Origin: Alphaproteobacteria bacterium
GTDB taxonomy: Bacteria; Pseudomonadota; Alphaproteobacteria; SP197
Direction of reading: 5' to 3'
Length of the DNA: 64,000 nucleotides
Assembly: GCA_964291415.2 (NCBI GenBank)
Contig: OZ219917.1
Location: forward strand, 1,056,001-1,120,000
Positions 24,913 through 34,603 of the stretch are shown one piece after another; position 1 is the stretch's first letter, and each line of letters opens with the position of its first letter. The position numbers and the translations under genes were made by a program. The notes under the pieces are model-generated. The model did no database searches. It saw nothing but the letters and a program-made list of their open reading frames with translations, and had not been told where the DNA came from.

Positions 24913-27215
24913 GCATTTCCGTTCGTGTTGTTGCCGCGGTCAACCATCCGCAACAGTGCGGGCAGGAGCGTCAGGTCGGCAAGGAGTGCAAAGGCGATGA
25001 TCAACGCCGTCAGGATCCCCACCTGTGCGGTGGGAATGAAGGGAGAGAAGGCGAAGATCAAGAAGCCGGCCACCAGGACGAGAGTCGTCGTGAAGACGGC
25101 GCGGCCGGCAGTGTCGAAGGCGTAGCGCACGGACTCCCCGCTGTCCTTGCCATGGTCGAGGCGCGCTTTGCGGTACTTGCTGAGAAAGTGCACCGTATCG
25201 TCGACAACGATACCGACCGTCATGGCCACGACGACCGACAGGGAGAGTCCCACCTGCCCCACCGTCAATCCCCAGACGCCGAAACCCAGCACGGCCGGGA
25301 GCAGGTTGGGAATGATGCTGATCAGGCCCAGTCGCAAGGATCTGAGGGCGAAGAGGAGTATGGCGGAAATCGCGAGCAGCACGACCATGGTTCCGACCAG
25401 CATGGCCCGGATATTGCGTTGACCGATCCAGGCGAACAGCACCGCCGGTCCGGTGCTGTTGACGCCGGCCACGTTGGGTGCGTTGTCGCTCAGCCAGGCC
25501 CTGGCCCGTGCGTTCAGTTCAAGCAGTTCCTGAGAGCCGAGAGACTGGGCCTGGACCGATACGCGTGTTGCCGACTTTGACCAGTCGATCTGGTTGTTCA
25601 CGTCCAGGCCCTGAGGCAGGGAGAGCTCGTAGAGCAGCAGGTACTGTGCGGCCAGCTCCCGGCTTTCGGGGAGGCGGTAGGCATCAGGGTCGTCACCATG
25701 CATGGTCTGGTTGAGACGCCGGAAGGTATCGGTGATGACGGCGACGTGGCGCACTCGCGGCTGGTCGCGGTACCAGTCGGCGAACGCGGCGACATCGGTG
25801 AGGAACGCCGGGTCCGTGACGCCGCCTTCGGCGGGAGCTTCCAGCGAATACTCGAGCAGGGTGTTGCCGCTCAGCCGCTCGTCCATGAAGTCCGTGTCCT
25901 GGCGGAACTCGACACTCTCGTCGAAGAAGTGGACCAGGACATCGTTGAGCTCGTTTCGCGGGATCGCGAGGATCATCGCAATGACGAGCACCAGCCATCC
26001 AAGGATGATCAGCTTTCCGTGCTTGATCACAACGTCGGCCAGGTGGTGCATTGTCGGCGCCTGCGGCCGCCTGTTCCTTGGCGCGCGAACGGGGAGCAGC
26101 GACAGCATGGCCGGAAGAAAGGTCACGGACAGGATGAAGGACGTGACGATTCCGATGGCGACAAAGCAGCCGAGTTCACGATAGGGGGGCACCTCGGAAA
26201 AGTTCATGCCCAGGAATCCAAGGGCGGTCGTGAGGCTCGCAAGGAAGATCGGGTGCAGGTTGAGCCTGATGGCTTCGACGATGGCATCGTGTTTCGAATC
26301 GCCCGCGCGCAGACGTTGCTGCAGGGCAACCAGCAGGTGAACGCAGTTGGCCACGACAATCATGAGGATGATGGTTGGCGCCGGGGCGATGGGCGGAGAA
26401 AACTCCAGGCCGATCCAGGCCCCCAGGCCCATGGAGGCCAGTATGGAAAAGATGATGACAAGGCCGGTGGTCACCACGCCCGGCCAGCCCCGGACGAGAA
26501 TGCCGAGAATCAAGGCCATGAGAAGGAGGCTGGCCGGCAGGAAGATCATCTGGCTTTCAACCGAAGCCTCGAGAAAGGTCTGGTTGACCATCACCGTACC
26601 GACGATGCGAAGATCAACGCCGGGGAAACGCGTCTCTGCCTCGGCGGCTATCGTTCGGGCGAATTGCGCCACTTCGGCCACGGCTTCCAGCTGGTCGCCT
26701 TCAGGCATTTCCAGAGTGACATTGACAACGCTGACATCGCCATTGCGGGCCAGCATGCTGCCGGCGATGCGGGGGTCGAGGAGGGCAATGTCACGGATGC
26801 GTGACCGTGCTTCAACCCGCGTCAGTTCCTGCGGATCGACCAGGTCCTGAACCACCAGGTCATCGCCGTCGGCCGTCGTGTACTGGAAGTTGGCCAGGGA
26901 GTCGACGCGCCGTGACCAGGGTGTCTGCCAGGCAGCCTCGGTCAGCCAGACGGCGGCAGAGAGCGCCTCGGTGGAGGTCGCATCGCCGTCGTCGGGAACA
27001 ATCAGGAAGACGACATTCTCGTTCTTTCCATAGGTGTCTTCCAGGTCTTCCAGCGCCAGAAGCTGCGGATTGTCGTCATCAAAGAAAATGCGGTAGTCGG
27101 CGGAGAATTCCAGCAGGAGCATGCCGACGGAGGCAAGAGCGACCAGGATGGGCGCAACGAGGATGACCAGCCAGCGGTTGGCGAGCACCCGTTCCGCATA
27201 ACGTTCAGCCGTCAT
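24909..27215 (-). CDS. MMPL/RND family transporter
   Basis: Two repeats of TM-periplasmic-5TM; VHL, SLTTALGF, GIVVDDTVHF motifs; ATG at 27215 with GGAGAG. Confidence 0.9.
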   Translation of the reverse strand: MTAERYAERVLANRWLVILVAPILVALASVGMLLLEFSADYRIFFDDDNPQLLALEDLEDTYGKNENVVFLIVPDDGDATSTEALSAAVWLTEAAWQTPWSRRVDSLANFQYTTADGDDLVVQDLVDPQELTRVEARSRIRDIALLDPRIAGSMLARNGDVSVVNVTLEMPEGDQLEAVAEVAQFARTIAAEAETRFPGVDLRIVGTVMVNQTFLEASVESQMIFLPASLLLMALILGILVRGWPGVVTTGLVIIFSILASMGLGAWIGLEFSPPIAPAPTIILMIVVANCVHLLVALQQRLRAGDSKHDAIVEAIRLNLHPIFLASLTTALGFLGMNFSEVPPYRELGCFVAIGIVTSFILSVTFLPAMLSLLPVRAPRNRRPQAPTMHHLADVVIKHGKLIILGWLVLVIAMILAIPRNELNDVLVHFFDESVEFRQDTDFMDERLSGNTLLEYSLEAPAEGGVTDPAFLTDVAAFADWYRDQPRVRHVAVITDTFRRLNQTMHGDDPDAYRLPESRELAAQYLLLYELSLPQGLDVNNQIDWSKSATRVSVQAQSLGSQELLELNARARAWLSDNAPNVAGVNSTGPAVLFAWIGQRNIRAMLVGTMVVLLAISAILLFALRSLRLGLISIIPNLLPAVLGFGVWGLTVGQVGLSLSVVVAMTVGIVVDDTVHFLSKYRKARLDHGKDSGESVRYAFDTAGRAVFTTTLVLVAGFLIFAFSPFIPTAQVGILTALIIAFALLADLTLLPALLRMVDRGNNTNGNA

Positions 27216-27385
27216 GTGCCATCTCTCCACGGCTGTCCCTCACCACCGTGTCGGACACGACCACACTCGACGCTCGCGGACGGATCGTCGAAAGCAGGGA
27301 ATCATGGGGAAGGGCGCTCATTGCGGCAGGTCGCAAAACAAGGTTGGGCCGGCCCGAATGCCATGTCAACGGTCCGCTTCACGGG

Positions 27386-30306
27386 TCAGGCGATCTGGCG
27401 TCTGACCAGATTCCGGAAGACGCCATCGATGTCCATGAGTTCGCTGAAGGAGCCGCTCTCCACAATCTTCCCGGCTTTCAGCACATGGATGCAGTCAGCC
27501 TTCTCCAGCGTCGACAACCGGTGCGCGATGACAAGTCTCGTTGTGGTCAGAAGGGCGAGGTTCTGCATGACCTCGGCCTGGCTGTCGTTGTCGAGCCAGT
27601 TGGTTGCCTCGTCGAGGAGCATGATTCGCCGGTCGCCGATGAGGGAGCGGGCAATGGTGACACGCTGGCTCTCTCCGCCGGAGAGAACCGAACCGCTGCC
27701 CCCGACCATCGTCATCATTCCCATGGGCATGGCCTTGATTCCGCTTTCTATTCCGGCCGCCCGGGCAGCCTCCCAGACCTCTGCAGGCCCCACTCCCTCG
27801 TGGTGCGCGACAATGTTGTCCCAGATGTCCTGGGGGTGCAGCCGCACCGCCTGGGGTACGGTGCCTATCTTGCGGCGCACCTGCTTGAGATTGAGGTGCT
27901 TGAGGTCCCGTCCGTCGTAGTAGACGGCCCCGGACGTCGGCTGGTCGATACCAAGCGCCAACTGGAAGAGCGTGCTCTTTCCGGCACCGGATTCACCGGC
28001 AATCGCGACGAATTCGCCGGGACGGACATGGATTGTGACATCATCGAGAACCAGGGGCCCTTCGGGTTCGTATCGGAATGACACATGGTCGAACAGGATC
28101 TCGCCGCCGAGACGCTCGACCAGCGCACCCTCTTCCCCGGCTTCGGGAACCGCGGCAAGCAAGGGGCGCATCTGCCTGAATGCCGGCACCAGGGCAGCCA
28201 CGGCGCCGACCGATTCACCAAGACGGGCCACAGCCGATTGAGACGCGATGAACACCATGAAGACGACGAGGAAATCGCCGACCGGAAGCGTCCGCGTTTC
28301 GAATGCCGCCACCGCAAACAGCAGCACCGCTCCGGCGAAGAACGGAAGAGCGGCGCCAAAGGCACGGACGTGCTCCTCGATACGGTGGACTTCGAGCTCC
28401 GCGCGCTTTTGCTGGCGATAGTCCCCGGCCCATATGGCGAAAGCCGATCCTTCCGCACTTTCCACACGCAGCTTGGCGATGCCGCCGATGATCTGGAACA
28501 GCCGTCCGGTCACGCGTCTGGCCGCGCTGATCATTCGTCCCTGGGGTACGAGCTGGCGCAGCCCCAGCACGACGGTCACGAGAAGCGAGAGGAGGCTGAA
28601 AGCGAGAACGACAAGACCCAGAGAGGTATCGTAGAAGAAGGTGATCCCGAGAACCGGAACGAGAAACAGGATTGACAGCAGGCTGTCGGACACGACTCCC
28701 TGCAAGCCGTCACGAACATTCTGGAATGTCATGCCCGACATCGCCAGGTCACCGGTTGGCTGGCGACGCAGGACAGCGGGCGGAAGGCGCATGAGGCGGT
28801 CCCAGAAGGCTGCTTCGACCCGCGATGCCGAACGTCCTTCCAGGCGCATCAGAATCGTGCTTTGCAACAGCTGAAGCAAAGCGCCCAGAAGACCGAATCC
28901 CGCCAGTGTCACAGCCACGACATAGAGGATGCCGACGGTTCCGCCGGCCGTGGCCTGGTGAGCCACAAAACCAAGCGCCAGCACCGGCAACAGCTTGATC
29001 AGGCCGCCGAAGAACCCGGTTGCCAAGAGCCGGGCAAGATCGGCGCCCGACCCCTTGAAGGCGATGTCCAGGAGATCGGCCGGCTTGACGGACCTTGACG
29101 GCAATGGCCGATAGAACATCCAGGCTTCAGCCTTCAGCCGCCGGCGCGCTCGCCTGCGATCCGGACGCTGCGTCCGCTCGCCGGGTCGACCTCACGATAG
29201 TGCCCGAACAATCCCGGCAGCAGGACGACAGGCCTGTCGTCGTCGGACCGGAATGCCAGAATTGCGCTGCTGTCTCCACGCCACCATGCATTGTCCGGGG
29301 AGATCCTGAGGCGGCGGGCACGGACGCCGGACGCATCGAGAATGTCCGTGAGAGCGGGCGCGGAACCGGAGGCGTGGCGTGGCGGGATCCTGAAATCGAT
29401 TCCCTGGTGGCGGCCGATGATCTTCAGTGCGTCCGCAAGTGCCGTGTCGCCGATGTCCTCGCCGATCGGCATGTCGTACATGTTGAACAGCTTCTGGCGC
29501 GCGTCGCGCTCGGCCGTGCGCCGGCTGGCGATCCGCGCGCGTTCCAGGTTTGCCTCATCGACCACCGCCAGTTGCCGGTTGAGCCGCTCAAGCGCGAGAG
29601 CGGCAGCATGAAACGTGGCCAGTGCCGGCAACAGGGTGCCCTGTTCGGCCAGTGACCGGCTCGATGTGCCGGACACGGTGACCCCTGCATGGAAGGTGAG
29701 CCAGCTTGTCCGGGTCAGCGGCACCAGGGTTTCGCCGCGACCGCCTTCCTCCGGTTCGATCATGTCCATGTAGAGACCGGCGCCGTGCGAGGGAATGGAT
29801 ACCCACACAACGCCCTGGCGTACGGAAAGAATGCAGGACTCCAGGGACCGGGTCACACCGGGTTCGGCGAGGGCAGTGGCGTATGGAATGCTGCCGACGA
29901 ATCGCGACAGGGTTTCGGTGATGGCCTGCAACCACGTGTCCGTCTGTTGCGCCAGTTCAGCCGGATCGACTTCGTGGAGCAGGGACACCGGCAGACGCAT
30001 CAGAAGGGTGTCCGGCAGTCCCTTCGCCAGCAGGCCAAGTGTCGTCTCCTTGCCGTCGCCTTCAGAATCCGGCGCGACACCGGGCAACAGTTCACCTGCC
30101 TCGCGGCGAAGCAGGTGTTGTGGTGACGCCTGCTCCACTCCGTCCCTGAATTCCACCAGGAAGAGATCGACGCTGCCCCTGGCAATGAACCACACGTGAT
30201 CGGGTTCATCGAGCGGCACCGGCAGGTTACCGGCGCAGGGACAGGGCTTGCCGGCGCGTTGCGCGAGTTCGGCAATCGATGTGTATGGAGGCGACTGATC
30301 GCGCAT
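27386..30306 (-). pseudogene. NHLP bacteriocin export ABC transporter permease/ATPase, split by a -1 frameshift near 29140 (pieces 29134..30306 and 27386..29119)
   Basis: Upstream piece has the cNMP-like/inactive C39 region ending ERAGG*. The -1 frame continues RLKAEAWMFYRPLP into the TMD and ABC domain (GESGAGKS, LSGGE, LLDEAT). Could be a sequencing error. Confidence 0.8.
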
Positions 30307-32516
30307 CAGCCTGACCTGGTCAGTCGCGAGTAGACGCCATCGGCATTGGCGATCAGTTCGTCGTGGGTGCCCCGCTCCACTTCACGGCCCCCGTCGAGCA
30401 CGATGATCTCGTCGCAGTCACGCACCGCGCTCAACCGGTGCGCCACGATCAGGCACGTGACGCCACGCCGACGCAAGGCATCGTCGACATACTCTTCCGT
30501 TGCCGCGTCAAGGGCGCTGGTTGCCTCGTCGAGCACGAGCACGGTCGGATGACCCACCAGGGCACGGGCAATCTCCAACCGCTGGCGCTGGCCGCCGCTG
30601 AAGTTCATGCCGCCCTCCTCGACAAGGGTGGCGTACCCGAGAGGGCGTTTCAGAATGTCCTCATGGATGCAGGCGTCCCTTGTCGCATCGACGATGACCT
30701 CATCCGGAACGGCCGGGTTCCACAGGGTGATGTTGTCGCGCAAGGTTGCGGAAAAGAGCACGGTTTCCTGGTTCACCATGGAAATGGACCGCCGCAGCAC
30801 CTCCTCGGGAATCTCCTGGCGAGGGTGGCCGTCAAACAGGATCTCACCCGACCAGGGTTGATAGAGTCCCGCAACCAGATGCGCCAGGGTCGACTTGCCG
30901 GAACCGCTGGCTCCCACCAGAGCGACCCGCTGCCCGGGATTCAGGATGAGGTTGAAGTCAGAAATCAGGGGTGGCCGGCTCCTGTTGAAACCGAAGGTGA
31001 CGTTTCTCAGTTCGACCTTTCCTGCAAGCTGGAGGCGCCTGTTGAACGTCGTGATGGAAACCCGGTCCGGTTCCCGGCGGCTGAACACGGGATCCTCCGT
31101 GGCCCTGGCAACGTCTTCCAGCCTCTGCAAGTCGGTTTCGAGAGCCTGCCGCCTGTCGGCGAACTCCAGGAATCGCCCGACAGGCGCGAGAAACATCTCC
31201 GCCAGGATGTAGAAGGCGACCAGTGTCCCCAGGGTCATGGAGCCGGTCATGACCATGGTGCCGCCGATCAACAGGATTGTCGCGCTGCGCAGAGCGGCGA
31301 TCAGGTCCGGCAGGGCGCCATTGAGCGCACCCAGTTCGAAGTGGGCCTGGCGCGCACGAAGTTCGCGGGCCTGATGACCGCCCCAGCGTGCAAAGAACCG
31401 GTCGTCGGACCCGGTCATGCGCAGGTTGTCGGCATGGTTGAGCATCTGCATGCCGATGCCGAGCAGAAGTCCCTGTTCGCGCCGCATGGCCTGGCTGCGC
31501 ACGGCGCGCCGGATATTGAAGACGTGGGCGAGTCCCGCATGGATGAGAGCCAGCGACAGCACGACCAGTGCCAGCACGGGATCGTAGGCGAGCAACACCG
31601 CGAACAGCACGGCGCTCGTGGCCATGTCGATGATGAGCACCAGAAACTGCTCTGTCAGGGTTTTCGCCACCCGGTCGAAGGATGACACCCGGTCCGTCAG
31701 GTCGCCGGCAAGCCGGTGTTCGAAGAACTCGACGGGCAGGCGCAGCAGCTTCGTCAGTCCACGGCTGTAGCCGGTTACCGATATGCGGATGGCGAGCCGC
31801 TTGAGAAACCTGTGCTTGAGCAGGGTCAGCAGGTAGACGAGCACACCGCCGCCGATGAGCGCGGCCACAAGGCCAATCCAGGTTCCCTGGTTCAACAGGA
31901 CATGGTCGACGAAGGCGCCAAGGACTGCCGGCACAACCAGCGACAGCAGTGTCAGCATGAGCGCGCAGGCCGCCACTCCGGCAAGCGAACTCCACAGTCC
32001 GCTGACGACGGCGCCGAGTTGTGCGTAAAGGCTCTTGCGTGTGCCGCCGGGAACAAACTCATCGCCACGCGCAAACCGCAGGGCGACACCGCTGTAGCCG
32101 GCGGCAAACTCTTCGGCGGTTACCCGGCGGCGCCCCGTAGCCGGATCATTGAGGTAGTAGCCGTGTTCGTCGAAACCTTCGAGAACAACGAAGTGGCTGA
32201 ACTGCCAGAACAGAATCAGGGGTAGCTGCAGTTTCCTGAGCTGTTCGGCCCTGAGGCTCAGTCCGCTGCATTCAAGACCGTACTGTCGCGAGGCTCTCAG
32301 AATGCTGGCGGCGCTGCTGCCGTCCCGGCTCACCTCGCACTTTTCCCTGAGTTCGGTCAGCGGAACCCATCGCCCGAAGTGGCCGAGGACGCTGCCGAGG
32401 CAGGCAGCACCGCACTCGGACGCGTGCATCTGCAAGACGACCGGAGTGGCGACTCTTCGTCGCCGGACCTCGGATGCCGTCCGGCTTCCAGCCTCCCGGG
32501 AGGCGCGTACCGGCAT
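30306..32516 (-). CDS. NHLP bacteriocin ABC transporter, C39 peptidase/permease/ATPase
   Basis: QMHASECGAACL, HFVVLEG, LNDPA, GASGSGKS, FSGGQRQR, LDEATSALD. Confidence 0.93.
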   Translation of the reverse strand: MPVRASREAGSRTASEVRRRRVATPVVLQMHASECGAACLGSVLGHFGRWVPLTELREKCEVSRDGSSAASILRASRQYGLECSGLSLRAEQLRKLQLPLILFWQFSHFVVLEGFDEHGYYLNDPATGRRRVTAEEFAAGYSGVALRFARGDEFVPGGTRKSLYAQLGAVVSGLWSSLAGVAACALMLTLLSLVVPAVLGAFVDHVLLNQGTWIGLVAALIGGGVLVYLLTLLKHRFLKRLAIRISVTGYSRGLTKLLRLPVEFFEHRLAGDLTDRVSSFDRVAKTLTEQFLVLIIDMATSAVLFAVLLAYDPVLALVVLSLALIHAGLAHVFNIRRAVRSQAMRREQGLLLGIGMQMLNHADNLRMTGSDDRFFARWGGHQARELRARQAHFELGALNGALPDLIAALRSATILLIGGTMVMTGSMTLGTLVAFYILAEMFLAPVGRFLEFADRRQALETDLQRLEDVARATEDPVFSRREPDRVSITTFNRRLQLAGKVELRNVTFGFNRSRPPLISDFNLILNPGQRVALVGASGSGKSTLAHLVAGLYQPWSGEILFDGHPRQEIPEEVLRRSISMVNQETVLFSATLRDNITLWNPAVPDEVIVDATRDACIHEDILKRPLGYATLVEEGGMNFSGGQRQRLEIARALVGHPTVLVLDEATSALDAATEEYVDDALRRRGVTCLIVAHRLSAVRDCDEIIVLDGGREVERGTHDELIANADGVYSRLTRSG

Positions 32517-32517
32517 C

Positions 32518-33060
32518 TCAGGATGGCCTCATGCCCAACAGGGAGAACGGGGACTGCCTGGCGAGTTCGATGACGATCCGGCACCTGATGCCGGCGGGGA
32601 TGGGCGTTTCGAGAGTCCGATCGATCGCGACGTCAACAAGGTACATGGAAACCGGCACCGCGAGACCCTGGACGGGGAAGACGGCGGAAACCGACACAAT
32701 CTCCCCCTTGAGCGCAGGAGCGCTGCCGTCGGCCATGGTCAGTTCGACCGTTGCCGGCAGGCCGGGCCCGACAGTTGCCGTGTTGTCGTGTCCCGCCCAG
32801 ACGAACAATTGCAGACTGTCACCGCTGGCGGGCTCGGCCACGATCCCGTCCACTGCCCGACTGTGTGAGATGCTGCCAAGAAAGAGCCATGCGGCAAGGA
32901 GCGCCACGACGAGGGCGATGATGCCGACAACGAGCCGTTCCCGCGGCGTGGAAACGGTCAGCAACTGGTCGAGCTGCTCACGTTCTTCCTTCGCTTCGGC
33001 AACGGTGTTGTGAAAGGAATCAAATGGATTGTTGAACACGGCGGGGCACAACCTCCCCAT
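32518..33060 (-). CDS. Short NHLP bacteriocin secretion (HlyD-like) accessory protein
   Basis: EQLDQLLTVSTPRE + TM helix, C-terminal SPFSLL; lacks the long coiled-coil. The start may be GTG at 33039. Confidence 0.7.
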   Translation of the reverse strand: MGRLCPAVFNNPFDSFHNTVAEAKEEREQLDQLLTVSTPRERLVVGIIALVVALLAAWLFLGSISHSRAVDGIVAEPASGDSLQLFVWAGHDNTATVGPGLPATVELTMADGSAPALKGEIVSVSAVFPVQGLAVPVSMYLVDVAIDRTLETPIPAGIRCRIVIELARQSPFSLLGMRPS

Positions 33061-33158
33061 GGAATCGAGCCAACAAGGCCTGCCCCAGTTGACGTGATCG
33101 CGGCATAGATAACGAAGCTATGCATGTCCGCCCGGGGAAGGTCAAGGCTGACCAGCGG

Positions 33159-34430
33159 TTAGACGATGCCGAGACCCTGGGACACCTGGGCGTAACTGGT
33201 AAGGGGGACAGCGCACATCCGGTGCCAGTCCTCCCTGGCGATGACCGGCTGGTTCAGCAGGCCGATCATGTCGTCGAACTTGCTGAGTGCGGAGCATCCG
33301 ACAACCTCCGGGGCGGCGGCCTTGCGGTGTTGAGGCCAGGCATGACCGCGGGCGTATCGCCAGAAAGGCGTGTCATGCCGTGAGCCGCAGGAATAGTGCC
33401 AGCCGACAAAGAGTCCGTATCGCAGGACGGTGCTGACAAGGAAGCGATTGACCACCGGAGCATCGCGCTCGAGATACTCCGGTGCGCGACCGAGACGGAT
33501 GTGGAGCACCATGCCGATCTGCAATTGTGCGGAGACGATCGCCGTTGCCTCGAGGGGTTCCATGAAGGCCGCCGCGTTGCCGATGCGGGCGACAGCCCCG
33601 TCATAGATCCGGCGATGAACAAAGTTCGGGAAGGGGATGACGGCGCGCGGTTCGAACTCCGTGACGCCGTCGGCTTCCAGGAGAACGTCAAAGTCCGCAT
33701 TGACCTCGTCGACGCTGGAGAGGTTGCGATTGAAGATGTATCCGTAGGACGTGTGGACCGTCAGCGGAATCACGAATACCCAGCCGTGCGGACGGGCCAC
33801 CGCACGGGTGTAGGTCGGTTGCCGGACCGTTTCCCCGGGCCTTTCGCGAATGGTGGCCGGTGCGCGACGGATGATCGCCGTATTGGTCGGAATGAAGGGG
33901 ATTTCGATGTGCTGGTCTGCGTCCAGTTCTCCTGGAAATCCGCGGGCATCGAAGACGAGGTCGTAGCGTTCCGGTCCCATGCCCTCGAAGTTCACCTGCG
34001 CACCGCCGTCGACCCTGGTGATCCCGAGCACCCTGGCGTCGACATGACGCGCCTTTGTGCCTTCCTGCAGCAGGTCCGCCATCACATCGGCAGACAAGTG
34101 ATAGGCATAGGACACCTGTTGCGGGGTGAAGTAGTGGGTGAAGTCTCGTTGAAGCCGGCCCCATCCCTCGAAGGCGACGCCGTACTTGCGGGTTCCATTC
34201 AGGCGCTGCTGGACGGTTTCGTGCGGCAGGTTCGTCAGTTTCCGCAACTCGTCGACCAGGCTGGGCCAGCTTCCTTCGCCCACGCCGCTGATCGGGATGC
34301 CGGGGTCATGGATGTGATGCAGTTCGTGGTCGATGCCCTGCAGCTGGTTCGTCACACTGGCGGCTGCCAGGGATCCAGCGGTTCCCCGTCCAATCACCGC
34401 GATCCTGTTGAGGGTCGTGCTGCCAATCAT
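33159..34430 (-). CDS. srpI: Flavin-dependent (tryptophan-halogenase family) peptide halogenase
   Basis: IGRGTAG, GVGEGS, TRKYGV (catalytic Lys position), GWVFVIP, IGNAAAFMEPLEAT; located at the edge of a cluster whose core ends in Trp. Alternative start at 34469. The gene symbol is assigned by analogy to the srp clusters. Confidence 0.85.
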   Translation of the reverse strand: MIGSTTLNRIAVIGRGTAGSLAAASVTNQLQGIDHELHHIHDPGIPISGVGEGSWPSLVDELRKLTNLPHETVQQRLNGTRKYGVAFEGWGRLQRDFTHYFTPQQVSYAYHLSADVMADLLQEGTKARHVDARVLGITRVDGGAQVNFEGMGPERYDLVFDARGFPGELDADQHIEIPFIPTNTAIIRRAPATIRERPGETVRQPTYTRAVARPHGWVFVIPLTVHTSYGYIFNRNLSSVDEVNADFDVLLEADGVTEFEPRAVIPFPNFVHRRIYDGAVARIGNAAAFMEPLEATAIVSAQLQIGMVLHIRLGRAPEYLERDAPVVNRFLVSTVLRYGLFVGWHYSCGSRHDTPFWRYARGHAWPQHRKAAAPEVVGCSALSKFDDMIGLLNQPVIAREDWHRMCAVPLTSYAQVSQGLGIV

Positions 34431-34603
34431 CCTGATAGAGGCATCCACAGATTCCGGTTGCCACTCCATTAGCCGGGATGCACCGGTGAGACAACACGCT
34501 ACCATGGAACCGCGTCCTCGCCGGGCCCTCTTCGGCGAGGGTTCGGCACGTGACGATGCGCTCGATTGTGGCCAAGGTATCTTGAGGAACTGGGCATGAA
34601 CCG

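Noticed and set aside
29134-29136. TGA in the NHLP ABC transporter as a second selenocysteine codon
   Set aside because: The downstream part is in a different frame, so this is a frameshift and not read-through.
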